The translations under genes and the position numbers were made by a program. A model generated the notes under the pieces. That model was not told where the DNA came from. It searched no databases and was given only the letters and a program-made list of their open reading frames with translations. From a virus: a stretch of DNA of 64,000 nucleotides. Within the stretch, counting starts at the first letter, position 1. Every line of letters begins with the position of its first letter. Where the stretch lies: the IMG/VR virus record IMGVR_UViG_3300020419_000004; one strand, given 5' to 3'. Positions 19,037 through 28,448 of this stretch are shown in pieces.

Positions 19037-21234
19037 ACCTCGTTAAAGAATCACTCGCTAAACTACTCGCTACAGAAGACCTTATCGTTGAGACTAGAAG
19101 TGTTGACACTGCACAGTTTGACGTAGAGAATAGAATACTAACCTTACCTAACTGGGAGCATGACAAAACTCAGGTCATAGATGCATTGATTGCACATGAG
19201 GTAGGTCATGCACTATACACTCCTAATGACTGGTCTTTCCTTGAGGAGGTTCCAATGCCTTATGTTAATTTGTGTGAGGACATTCGTATTGAGAAGTTGA
19301 TGAAGCGTAGATACGAGGGTATTGCTAAGACATTCTTTCAAGGTTACAAGCAACTTGCAGCAGATGACTTCTTCCAGATCAATGAGCGTGGTGTTGATAG
19401 TCTAAGTCTTGTAGACAGATTAAACATACAGTACAAGGTAGGTAACTTCACTGATGTTTCTTTCTCAGATGAGGAGAGTGTATTCCTTCCTAAGTGTGAT
19501 GCACTAGAAACATTTGACGATGCAGTTGCACTTGCTAAAGAGATACATGCTTACATGAAAGATCAGTTTGATAAGCAACAGCAGCAACAGACTGAGGGTG
19601 AGGGTGATCCAGTAGCAGTTCCATCTGGAGAAGGTAATGGTCTTGAGGAAGGCAATCCTTTAGAAGATCTATCTACAGGTAAAGGTCAACCTAAGTCAGA
19701 AGAAGAAGGAGAGGGAGAAGGTACTGCAGCAAATCCATCTGCATCTGATACTCCTGAGAATACAGGTGGTGCTGTAGATGCAGGTAGAAACTCAGGTGAA
19801 CCAACAGAGTTCGATCCAACTGTAGAAACTATGGATGCTTTGAATGATGCACTTAAAAATCTTGCTAATACTGAAGCACAGGAATATGACTACGTAGAGT
19901 TACCTAAGACTATCAGCAGTAAGTACTTCATATCTAACAAAGAAGTTAGTGACATTGCAAATAATTTCTACGTAGAGAAAGAAAACCTTGCAAATCAAAA
20001 AGACTTTGCAGATCAGTATGACATGCACATGGCAAGAGAGTACACTAAAAACTTAAGCGAAGCAGATGCTGACTTCAGAAAATTCAAAATGTCACAAAAC
20101 AAAGAAGTCAACTACATGGTTAAAGAGTTTGAGATGAAGAAGTCAGCAGACAGTTATGCTCGTGCTACTGTTTCTAGAACTGGTGTTCTTAATACAGCAA
20201 AACTTCATACCTACAAGTACAACGATGATCTTTTCAGAAAAGTAACTACTGTACCTGATGGTAAGAACCACGGATTAATCTTTAATGTTGATTGGTCTGG
20301 TTCTATGTCCAACTGTATCCTTGATACAATCAAGCAAGTACTTACACTAGTATCATTCTGTCGTAAGGTTGGTATTGCTTATGATGTATACCTCTTCTCC
20401 GATAACTTTGAGAAGGATCAGCATAAGTATCATGAAGATCCAAGCACTGAGGGTAAGGTTATCCTACGTGACTTCCGTATGCTTAATGTACTTACAAGTA
20501 GCAGCAACAATAGATCTCATGACAAACAGGCACACAACTTATTCCGTCTTGCAAGTAGTTTCAGAGGGTACTACAGTTGTGGTATTCCTCACGGACTAAA
20601 CTTAGGTGGTACTCCATTGAATGAAGCAACTGTTGCTCTAAACCATATCATTCCTGAGTTCCAAAAGAGAACTGGTTCACAAAAAGTTCACGTTATCAAT
20701 CTAACTGATGGCGAAGGTTTCACACTAAAGTTTGGTAAGAAGGTTGTTTCACAATATGATGGTTCAGTATCATTCATCGGTAGAAACTGCAACGCATCAA
20801 CCAGACTACGTGACCGTCAAACTGGTAAACAGTATTCATTTACTAATGACCAGTACAACCAGACAGACACATTCATCTACCAACTACGTGACAGATTTCC
20901 TCAGTGTGAGTTCATGAACATCCGTCTTGTTGCAGGTAATGACTGGTACAGATTTAAGCGTGGTTGCTTAGGTTATGAGTATGGTGAAGGTAACGATCAA
21001 GCATGGGCAGAAGCAGACAGAGAGTGGAAGAAGACTAGATCTTTCATATGCTTATCTTCTGCATACACCGTACAGTATGCTATGGCAGTCTCTGCACTCA
21101 ACAATGATGCTGAGTTTGAGATCGAGAAAGAGGATTACACCAAGGCAGACATCAAGAGAGCATTCACTAAGTCTCTTAAAGGTAAGAAGATGAACAAGAA
21201 GATCCTATCATCCTTCATCTCACGTATCGCATAA
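19033..21234 (+). CDS. Zincin metallopeptidase + von Willebrand A domain protein (CobT-like partner)
   Basis: AHEVGH (HExxH), CEDIRIE, acidic linker, DWSGSM MIDAS, GGTP, LTDGE. Confidence 0.85.
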   Translation: MNLVKESLAKLLATEDLIVETRSVDTAQFDVENRILTLPNWEHDKTQVIDALIAHEVGHALYTPNDWSFLEEVPMPYVNLCEDIRIEKLMKRRYEGIAKTFFQGYKQLAADDFFQINERGVDSLSLVDRLNIQYKVGNFTDVSFSDEESVFLPKCDALETFDDAVALAKEIHAYMKDQFDKQQQQQTEGEGDPVAVPSGEGNGLEEGNPLEDLSTGKGQPKSEEEGEGEGTAANPSASDTPENTGGAVDAGRNSGEPTEFDPTVETMDALNDALKNLANTEAQEYDYVELPKTISSKYFISNKEVSDIANNFYVEKENLANQKDFADQYDMHMAREYTKNLSEADADFRKFKMSQNKEVNYMVKEFEMKKSADSYARATVSRTGVLNTAKLHTYKYNDDLFRKVTTVPDGKNHGLIFNVDWSGSMSNCILDTIKQVLTLVSFCRKVGIAYDVYLFSDNFEKDQHKYHEDPSTEGKVILRDFRMLNVLTSSSNNRSHDKQAHNLFRLASSFRGYYSCGIPHGLNLGGTPLNEATVALNHIIPEFQKRTGSQKVHVINLTDGEGFTLKFGKKVVSQYDGSVSFIGRNCNASTRLRDRQTGKQYSFTNDQYNQTDTFIYQLRDRFPQCEFMNIRLVAGNDWYRFKRGCLGYEYGEGNDQAWAEADREWKKTRSFICLSSAYTVQYAMAVSALNNDAEFEIEKEDYTKADIKRAFTKSLKGKKMNKKILSSFISRIA

Positions 21235-21293
21235 AAACCACTTGACAAAGTGGCACACGACCCCTACACAGGGGTCTTTTTTATTGGTATTAT
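21235..21293 (+). promoter_or_regulatory. Early-gene-type regulatory element, copy 2
   Basis: AAACCACTTGACAAAGTGG + GACCCCT/AGGGGTC hairpin + T run + TGGTATTAT. Confidence 0.6.
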
Positions 21294-21327
21294 TAATATA
21301 TACAAACGCAATTCCAATTTTTACATC

Positions 21328-22404
21328 ATGACCTTCGAGAGAAAACTATCCGTCAACTTCGTTGAAGAACTACGTGAACAGTATGGTAGTGAGATAGACG
21401 CATCTCATGTTAAGAAGTATGCAGCATCACAGAACTGCACATATGCTACAGTAGGTGGCAAGTTAACTAAACTAGGTTACAAAGTTAAGAAGGGTGCATG
21501 GAAACTAACTATCGCTGAAGGTAGAGAGATCCTAGAGAAATCACTCTCAGCACCCTCTGTATTGCCCTCAGCAGAGAGAAACCTAGTTCCTTCTATAGAT
21601 AGCACCTTCGTTAAGTTTGGTAATTTTACTGACGTTAAGAAAATTATTTCTTCTAAGTTATTCTATCCTGCATTCATTACAGGTTTATCTGGCAACGGTA
21701 AGACATTCTCTGTAGAGCAAGCATGTGCTCAGGCAAAGAGAGAACTCATCAGAGTTAACATCTCTATCGAGACAGACGAAGATGATCTCATCGGTGGTTT
21801 CAGACTTGTTGATGGCAACACAGTATGGCACAACGGTCCTGTCATCGAAGCACTTGAAAGAGGTGCAGTTCTATTACTTGACGAGATCGACCTAGCATCT
21901 AACAAGATCCTATGTCTACAGTCTATCCTTGAAGGTAAGGGTGTCTTCCTTAAGAAGATAGGTAAGTTCGTACAACCTTCACCAGGTTTTACAGTTGTTG
22001 CTACTGCTAACACTAAGGGTAAGGGTTCAGAAGATGGTAGGTTCGTAGGTACTAACGTACTCAACGAAGCATTCCTAGAAAGGTTCCCTGTTACTTTTGA
22101 GCAGTCATACCCATCAACTGTAAGTGAGCAGAAGATGCTTGACATCATCAATCCTCAGGATGACTTCAATAAGAAGTTAGTTGACTGGGCAGACATCATC
22201 CGTAAGACATTCTACGATGGTGGTATTGATGAGGTTATCAGCACACGTAGACTTGTGCACATCGTTAAAGCATACCAGATCTTTGGTAACCGTGCTAAGG
22301 CAATCACCACTTGTATCAGTAGGTTTGACGATGAGACAAAGCAAGCATTCCAAGAGTTATATGACAAGGTGGATGCAGATGTTGACTTTGAGGAAAAAGT
22401 TTGA
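21328..22404 (+). CDS. cobS: CobS-like / MoxR-family AAA+ ATPase
   Basis: GLSGNGKT, LLLDEID, ATANTKG, NEAFLERF; start moved to MTFERK. Confidence 0.9.
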   Translation: MTFERKLSVNFVEELREQYGSEIDASHVKKYAASQNCTYATVGGKLTKLGYKVKKGAWKLTIAEGREILEKSLSAPSVLPSAERNLVPSIDSTFVKFGNFTDVKKIISSKLFYPAFITGLSGNGKTFSVEQACAQAKRELIRVNISIETDEDDLIGGFRLVDGNTVWHNGPVIEALERGAVLLLDEIDLASNKILCLQSILEGKGVFLKKIGKFVQPSPGFTVVATANTKGKGSEDGRFVGTNVLNEAFLERFPVTFEQSYPSTVSEQKMLDIINPQDDFNKKLVDWADIIRKTFYDGGIDEVISTRRLVHIVKAYQIFGNRAKAITTCISRFDDETKQAFQELYDKVDADVDFEEKV

Positions 22405-22405
22405 T

Positions 22406-22834
22406 ATGATAAATGCATGGAGTTTAGCGGGTTCTATTTTAAGTGGAACCCTCGACGAAGAATATCCCATCAAACAGAGGTCTATGGAAGAACTTGATCC
22501 TTACGAATACTACGACACTTCCTTTAAGGAAAGTGACGTACACCCTATAACAGGGGATCGTAACATCGTTATAGATGAAGATAGGGTCTGTAAGTATGAT
22601 GAAGATCTAACATTGGAGATAGCGAATGAGTACATCAAAGAGACTTACTCTCAGCATTATGCCAGTGGTAAAATTCAGACCCTTGATCTAATAGAAAGTA
22701 TTGGAGACGCAGAAGCATTCTGTAGATCTAATGCAATCAAGTACCTTAGTCGGTACGACAAAAAAGGTCGTCCCCAAGACGACATTCTTAAAGCAATACA
22801 CTATTGTGTATTATTATATTATTTTAGTAAATGA
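22406..22834 (+). CDS. DUF3310-like protein
   Basis: QHY, TLDLIESIG, NAIKYLSRYDKKG, DILKAIHY; start moved to MINAW. Confidence 0.75.
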   Translation: MINAWSLAGSILSGTLDEEYPIKQRSMEELDPYEYYDTSFKESDVHPITGDRNIVIDEDRVCKYDEDLTLEIANEYIKETYSQHYASGKIQTLDLIESIGDAEAFCRSNAIKYLSRYDKKGRPQDDILKAIHYCVLLYYFSK

Positions 22835-23499
22835 AACTTTCAAAAGGTACTCTTGATATCCTCAAGAACTTCTCTAACATCAACCAATCAATCTGCTTCA
22901 AAGAAGGTACAGAGTTATCAACTCTATCCATACAGAAGAATATATTATCACGTGCGGTGATTGAAGAGAAGTTCCCAAGGACATTTGCAATCTATGATCT
23001 AAGTGAGTTCCTATCTGGACTATCACTTTTTGAAAATCCTGACTTTACTTTTGACAATGACAACTTTGTTATGATCAAAGATAGTAAATGTCAGTCAAGA
23101 TATTTCTTTGCAGATCCATCTACAATTGTACAACCACCTGAGAACAAGGTGGAACTTCCTAGTAAGGATGTGTGCTTTACTGTAGCATGGAGTGATATCT
23201 CTAACATCATCAAGGCAGCAGCAATCTATCAGATTGAAGATCTAGCAGTTGTTGGTGATGGTGCTAGTGTTAAACTTGTCGTACGTGACAAGAAGAACGA
23301 TACCTCTAACAGTTACGCTGTCAAGGTAGGGATTACCGACAAAGAATTTTGTTTCAACTTTAAAGTTGAAAACCTCAAGTTGCTACCTGGTGATTATGAG
23401 GTTACTATTAGTAAACAGAACGCATCTCTATTCAGAGATAGTAAAAGAGATCTTGAGTATCTCATCGCACTAGAACCTGATAGTAAGTATGAAGGATGA
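22831..23499 (+). CDS. gp45: Sliding clamp
   Basis: MKLSKGTLDILKNFSNINQSI, FAIYDLSEFL, YLIALE. Confidence 0.96.
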   Translation: MKLSKGTLDILKNFSNINQSICFKEGTELSTLSIQKNILSRAVIEEKFPRTFAIYDLSEFLSGLSLFENPDFTFDNDNFVMIKDSKCQSRYFFADPSTIVQPPENKVELPSKDVCFTVAWSDISNIIKAAAIYQIEDLAVVGDGASVKLVVRDKKNDTSNSYAVKVGITDKEFCFNFKVENLKLLPGDYEVTISKQNASLFRDSKRDLEYLIALEPDSKYEG

Positions 23500-24433
23500 T
23501 TTTCTTTGGGTCGAAAAGTATCGTCCCAAAACTATTGAGCAATGTATTCTCCCATCCGACATTAAGAATACATTTCAAGCTTTTGTTTCCAATGGAGAAG
23601 TTCCTAACTTACTCCTGTGTGGTACTGCTGGTATCGGTAAGACCACTATTGCAAAAGCATTATGCCATGAACTAGGAGTTGATTCTTATTTGATCAATGG
23701 ATCAGACGAGGGTCGTTTCTTAGACACTGTACGTAACAGTGCTAAACAGTTTGCTTCAACAGTATCGTTGACCTCATCATCTAAGCATAAGGTCATCATT
23801 ATAGATGAAGCAGATAACACTACACATGACGTGCAGTTATTGTTACGTGCTTCGATAGAAGAGTTCCAAAGAAATTGTAGGTTTATCTTTACCTGTAATT
23901 TCAAGAACAAAATTATTGAACCACTACATTCTAGAACCACTGTTATTGAATGCAATGTCAGAGGAAAGGACAAACAACAAATCGCTGCTCAATTTTTTGA
24001 ACGGTGTCGTGGAATACTTACCGCAGAAAATGTACAGTTTGATAATGCGGTGGTCGCTGAGGTCGTCCAGAAGTACTTCCCAGACTTCCGAAGGACACTC
24101 AACGAACTCCAAAGGTATTCCTCCACAGGGAATATCGACACTGGCATTCTGGCGGTATTAAATAATGTCAAACTTGGCGAATTATTATCGTCACTGAAGA
24201 ACAAAGAGTTCTCCGTCGCACGCAAGTGGGTCAATAGTAATTTGGACAATGATCCAAATGCTATACTGCGGACAGTATATGATAACTTGTATGATGCATT
24301 GAAACCACAGAGTATACCTCAAGCGGTTTTGATTATCTCCAAGTATCAATACCAATCTGCATTTGTCGCTGACCAAGAGATTAATCTCTTAGCAGCACTA
24401 ACTGAAATTATGGTAGAATGTGAATTCAAATGA
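23489..24433 (+). CDS. gp44: Clamp loader large subunit
   Basis: WVEKYRP, GTAGIGKT, DEAD, PLHSR, FPDFRR. Confidence 0.97.
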   Translation: MKDDFLWVEKYRPKTIEQCILPSDIKNTFQAFVSNGEVPNLLLCGTAGIGKTTIAKALCHELGVDSYLINGSDEGRFLDTVRNSAKQFASTVSLTSSSKHKVIIIDEADNTTHDVQLLLRASIEEFQRNCRFIFTCNFKNKIIEPLHSRTTVIECNVRGKDKQQIAAQFFERCRGILTAENVQFDNAVVAEVVQKYFPDFRRTLNELQRYSSTGNIDTGILAVLNNVKLGELLSSLKNKEFSVARKWVNSNLDNDPNAILRTVYDNLYDALKPQSIPQAVLIISKYQYQSAFVADQEINLLAALTEIMVECEFK

Positions 24434-24678
24434 CTAATCTAGAAAACTTCTTAGAAGAACGCGAAGCATTTAGAGCAGAACAATCTGTACGAATGGCTTC
24501 TGCATATGCCAAGAATAGAAAACTAATCAAGGCAAGAAAACAATCATCTCAAAAACTAACTGAGATTGCCTATAAGAAATGGGCAAAAGCAAAAGACCTA
24601 GAAGTAGTAGAAGAGATTAAATCTCCTTCCTTCGTAGAAAGACTTGGGTCTGCTATTGATTATTACAGGAATGTCTAA
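24430..24678 (+). CDS. Hypothetical protein
   Basis: ATGA overlap with gp44, TAATG overlap with next ORF. Confidence 0.6.
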   Translation: MTNLENFLEEREAFRAEQSVRMASAYAKNRKLIKARKQSSQKLTEIAYKKWAKAKDLEVVEEIKSPSFVERLGSAIDYYRNV

Positions 24679-24974
24679 TGACTTTTAAAAAACGTGAGAA
24701 GATCAGAGCACAAATGAAATCTAGATTTTATTATATGTTCTGGGGTGCAGCAACTGTTGCTGTTGTAAGTGGACAACTATATGTTGGCACATCATATCGT
24801 GTTATGGCAAAGTCCATGAACAGATGGTTTGAAGAGACTGTTCAAATGCTACAAGAACCTCTTCGTCCTCCTACTGGAAGATACCTTCCTTTAGTTCCAC
24901 CTCCAATGGGTGACTTTCGTGACGATCTAGACCTAACTGATTTAAACATTATTTGGTTAGATGAAGCAACTTAA
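24678..24974 (+). CDS. Hypothetical membrane protein
   Basis: Hydrophobic YYMFWGAATVAVVSGQLYVG segment. Confidence 0.65.
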   Translation: MTFKKREKIRAQMKSRFYYMFWGAATVAVVSGQLYVGTSYRVMAKSMNRWFEETVQMLQEPLRPPTGRYLPLVPPPMGDFRDDLDLTDLNIIWLDEAT

Positions 24975-25815
24975 GACACCACTCAGATATCCTGGTGGTA
25001 AGTCTAGAGCAGTTACTAAATTGTGTCAGTGGTTGCCTAGTCGAGAGATCACAGAATATCGTGAACCCTTTCTAGGTGGTGGTAGTATGGCATTGGAAAT
25101 GACCAAGAGACTACCAGAAGATGTACCCATCTGGGTCAATGATCTTTATGAACCTTTATATAATTTCTGGGTTCAGTTAAGAGATAACAGTGACTATCTT
25201 CACAGTGAACTTACAAAGGCAAAGAACTCTCATCCAGATGAAGAGAGTTCAAGAGAATTATTTTTAGACGCAAAGGAGAAACTTAATGACAGTGAAAGAT
25301 GTCAAGAAGATAGAGCAGTTGATTTTTATATCATTAATAAGTGTTCTTTCTCTGGTCTCACTGAGAGCAGTTCATTCTCAAAGGCAGCATCCCAATCTAA
25401 CTTCTCCATTAGGGGGATCGACAGGTTGCCAGAGTACAGTAAACTCATCAAGCGATGGAGAATTACTAACCTCTCCTACGAGGAACTCAACTCCGATGAG
25501 ACCTTAACGTTCATCTACTCTGATCCTCCTTATGATATTAAGGATGCTTTGTATGGACACAAAGGAGATAAGCATAGAGGATTTAATCATGCAGCATTTG
25601 CTGATAGCATGGACAAGTGTCTATGTAATGTTATGATATCCTATAACAACCACCCTGATATTATTATGAGATTTCTTGAGTGGTGCCAGTATGACTATGA
25701 TCATACTTATACAATGAGATCTACAGGCACTTACATGTCAGATCAACAAGACCGTCGTGAATTAGTATTAACAAATTATGGGAAGTTTGGGGGTTCGTGT
25801 ACTGCCAAGTGGTAA
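24961..25815 (+). CDS. dam: DNA adenine methyltransferase (D12 class)
   Basis: TPLRYPGGKSR, EPFLGGGS, DPPY. Confidence 0.93.
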   Translation: MKQLKTPLRYPGGKSRAVTKLCQWLPSREITEYREPFLGGGSMALEMTKRLPEDVPIWVNDLYEPLYNFWVQLRDNSDYLHSELTKAKNSHPDEESSRELFLDAKEKLNDSERCQEDRAVDFYIINKCSFSGLTESSSFSKAASQSNFSIRGIDRLPEYSKLIKRWRITNLSYEELNSDETLTFIYSDPPYDIKDALYGHKGDKHRGFNHAAFADSMDKCLCNVMISYNNHPDIIMRFLEWCQYDYDHTYTMRSTGTYMSDQQDRRELVLTNYGKFGGSCTAKW

Positions 25816-25987
25816 GGCACAACTATATCATACACGTAGAGGTGCATACTCTACATTCGGTAATGATATAATGACAGCAATTATACAAGGTGGTGAGATC
25901 CACTGCAATACAAAACAAGGTAGGACAATGATCTACAGAATCAATAATTCTGAGACAGGTGTTGTAGGACCTATCAGGGTATGGTAA
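25778..25987 (+). CDS. Hypothetical protein
   Basis: 69 aa, overlaps both neighbours. Confidence 0.6.
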   Translation: MGSLGVRVLPSGKAQLYHTRRGAYSTFGNDIMTAIIQGGEIHCNTKQGRTMIYRINNSETGVVGPIRVW

Positions 25988-26373
25988 TGAAACATGAACT
26001 TAAGGACTGGTTAAACTCTGTTAACTTCAATAAAAAGGATCTCCTTGCTGATGATCCTACAGCGATATCTTCTTATCCTCCTTACATAGTTAATAGATGT
26101 TTGTCTGGTACTATGGATACCATTCTGTTTGCAAACGAGATGAATTTGAATGCACATCTTGATAAGGATATGCAATACTCTTTCTTCCTATATACTTTGA
26201 GGAAACGGAAAAGGTTTTCCCCTTGGTTGAAGAAAGAACAAGTCGATGACTTGGATCTGGTCAAAAAACACTATGGTTATAGTAACGAGAAAGCAAAGGT
26301 CGCATTAACTCTTCTCACCAAAACCCAAATTGAAAAAATTCGTAACACACATGACATGGGAGGAAGAAGATGA
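25981..26373 (+). CDS. gp62: Clamp loader small subunit
   Basis: ELKDWLNSVN, YPPYIVNRCLS, KRKRFSPW. Confidence 0.93.
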   Translation: MVMKHELKDWLNSVNFNKKDLLADDPTAISSYPPYIVNRCLSGTMDTILFANEMNLNAHLDKDMQYSFFLYTLRKRKRFSPWLKKEQVDDLDLVKKHYGYSNEKAKVALTLLTKTQIEKIRNTHDMGGRR

Positions 26374-26792
26374 GTGCAATTACCGAAGAAGTCCAGTGGA
26401 CTGCTGAGAGTATGGTAGAAGTCGGGTTGAAGGAACCTGATGACTTCCTTAAAGTTAGAGAAACATTAACACGTATTGGAGTAGCTTCACGCAAAGAAAA
26501 GAAGTTATATCAATCGTGTCACATCCTTCACAAACAGGGTAGATACTATATTGTACATTTTAAAGAACTGTTTGCTCTTGATGGAAAGAAAGCAAACTTG
26601 AGTATTAATGATGTGCAACGTAGAAACCGTATAGTACAGTTACTCAGCGATTGGGGATTAGTATCTATCAACGCTAAAGAAGTTATAGCAGACGTAGCAC
26701 CTCTAAGTCAGATCAAAGTTCTTGCATATAAAGAGAAGGGAGAATGGACATTAGAGAGTAAGTATAACATTGGCAAGAAGAAGGAGGATTAA
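26370..26792 (+). CDS. regA: Translational repressor RegA
   Basis: DDFLKVRETLTRIG, HILHKQGRYYIVHFKELF. Confidence 0.97.
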   Translation: MSAITEEVQWTAESMVEVGLKEPDDFLKVRETLTRIGVASRKEKKLYQSCHILHKQGRYYIVHFKELFALDGKKANLSINDVQRRNRIVQLLSDWGLVSINAKEVIADVAPLSQIKVLAYKEKGEWTLESKYNIGKKKED

Positions 26793-26843
26793 CCGAACTT
26801 ATATTTTCGGTTAATACCATTACCTTTTTTTATGGTTCGTGTT

Positions 26844-26849
26844 TAAATA
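26844..26849 (+). promoter_or_regulatory. Late promoter (TAAATA) for hsp20
   Basis: Upstream of a cUUCGg hairpin leader and the AAGGAG RBS. Confidence 0.6.
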
Positions 26850-26902
26850 ATAGTGTACGCTTCGGGTACGAACACACACTCGCTTATTTAAGGAGAACTA
26901 TT

Positions 26903-27337
26903 ATGCGAAATTTAGCAAGATACCATGCTGCAAATCTTCCAGAACTAATGGAGAAGATTACACGCAACAGCATCGGCATGGATGAATACCTCAATCGATT
27001 CTGGGATGGAGTAGATACTACATCAAACTATCCACCATATAACATTATTGAAATTAGCAATGAAGAATCAAGATTGGAAATCGCAGCCGCTGGCTTCAAA
27101 AAAGATGACATCAAAGTCTATACGGAGTTTGGAGAATTACATGTCCAAGGCAGCAAAGAAAAACAAGAAGATGCTGGAGAGTTTGTCCATAAAGGATTGG
27201 CCAGACGTAGCTTTAAACGGAACTGGACGATCTCCAACGATACAGAGGTTAGATCCGTCAGCTTTGACGACGGACTCCTTACCATTGTATTGGGAAAGGT
27301 AGTTCCAGACCATCATAAAAGAGTAGATTACATCTAA
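26903..27337 (+). CDS. hsp20: Small heat shock protein
   Basis: NYPPYNI, AAGF, HKGLARRSF, DGLLTI. Confidence 0.95.
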   Translation: MRNLARYHAANLPELMEKITRNSIGMDEYLNRFWDGVDTTSNYPPYNIIEISNEESRLEIAAAGFKKDDIKVYTEFGELHVQGSKEKQEDAGEFVHKGLARRSFKRNWTISNDTEVRSVSFDDGLLTIVLGKVVPDHHKRVDYI

Positions 27338-27343
27338 CTACAT

Positions 27344-27380
27344 AGGAGGGGTTGACAAATGTCTATCCCTCCTTTATAAT
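27344..27380 (+). promoter_or_regulatory. Consensus sigma70 promoter overlapping a terminator-like hairpin
   Basis: TTGACA(27352)-17 nt-TATAAT(27375) inside GGAGGG...CCCTCC. Confidence 0.8.
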
Positions 27381-27401
27381 ATTTACATAAGTGTATTTGA
27401 A

Positions 27402-27794
27402 ATGGCAAAGAAGAAAGACCCCATTAACGTAACTCCACAAGGAGAGAACAATACTTTGATTAATCCTGATAGGATTAAGATTGTTGTTTTGTTTAATGGT
27501 GACAATGTGATTACAGACTTACAAGAAGCAGTCGATAAAACTAGTAACGTACGTCAAGCATATATTTTTAATTTCCCTTACAAGGTTGAATATGAGAGAC
27601 CTAGTACTAAGGGAACTACTGGTCTGATAGAAGACCCAGAGGTAAAAGTGCATTACTCTCCATGGTGTCCTCTATCAACAGAGACTAAAATTGCAATCAA
27701 TCATAATATGGTTGTAACTATTTTAGAACCAGTACCAAGTCTTAGAGAAACCTATATGACGAATGTACGTCAGATGGGTGGTTCAATAGCATGA
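27402..27794 (+). CDS. Conserved hypothetical (Sm-like)
   Basis: IKIVVLFNGDNVIT, YSPWCPLS, VVTILEP. Confidence 0.7.
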   Translation: MAKKKDPINVTPQGENNTLINPDRIKIVVLFNGDNVITDLQEAVDKTSNVRQAYIFNFPYKVEYERPSTKGTTGLIEDPEVKVHYSPWCPLSTETKIAINHNMVVTILEPVPSLRETYMTNVRQMGGSIA

Positions 27795-28273
27795 GCGTAA
27801 AGCTTTTATTATTAAAGTCAGGTGAAGAGGTCATAACTGAAGTACAAGAGGTCTTTGATCCTGAGACTAAAGAACCTGTTGGGTTTAAATTGCACAAACC
27901 TTTTAGATTAGATATTGTATCTGATGCTGAGGGTGGTATTGTACTTGACAGAACTAAAGGTTATCAGGTATCATGGTTTCCATGGGCACCCTTAAGTAAG
28001 GATAGAGATTTTTTTCTACCTGGTTACCATGTATTGACAGCATATGATCCATTGGATAGTATTGCTGAACAGTATGTCAATGCTATTAAAGAAGAAATCT
28101 ACAATGAAAACTTCAAGAAACATGAAGATGCCATTGCAGGTGGATTTGATGATGACTTAGACATGGAAGACATCTTTAAAGAAGCAGAAAAATTATTGGA
28201 GGATGATGATGGAAGTGATGGTAGTGATCCTGAGATCGGGAATACACCTGATATCCAAAGTGGAACAACTTGA
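27791..28273 (+). CDS. Conserved hypothetical (Sm-like)
   Basis: VKLLLLKSGEEVI, FPWAPLS. Confidence 0.75.
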   Translation: MSVKLLLLKSGEEVITEVQEVFDPETKEPVGFKLHKPFRLDIVSDAEGGIVLDRTKGYQVSWFPWAPLSKDRDFFLPGYHVLTAYDPLDSIAEQYVNAIKEEIYNENFKKHEDAIAGGFDDDLDMEDIFKEAEKLLEDDDGSDGSDPEIGNTPDIQSGTT

Positions 28274-28448
28274 CGAGGAACCTAATTGTCATCTAGAAGA
28301 TCCTTATCTTATTAAGGATGATGGCACTTTGGAACCTTGGCCACGTTACACAACAGATACAGACGTGTTGCTTTATTCTGAAACTCTTGCTACAATAGTA
28401 GAACCTACAAACGAAATCAAAAAGAAATACGAGATCGTTACTAAATGA
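28203..28448 (+). CDS. Conserved hypothetical (Sm-like)
   Basis: VILRSG, LEPWP, LATIVEPT; precedes gp43. Confidence 0.7.
   Translation: MMMEVMVVILRSGIHLISKVEQLDEEPNCHLEDPYLIKDDGTLEPWPRYTTDTDVLLYSETLATIVEPTNEIKKKYEIVTK

Noticed and set aside
21250-22405. ORF-track starts at 21250 and 22181 (also 12079, 12605, 5514, 35552, 38874, 60551, 60820)
   Set aside because: Extensions run through regulatory DNA or the upstream gene; downstream ATGs fit the recognisable N-termini better
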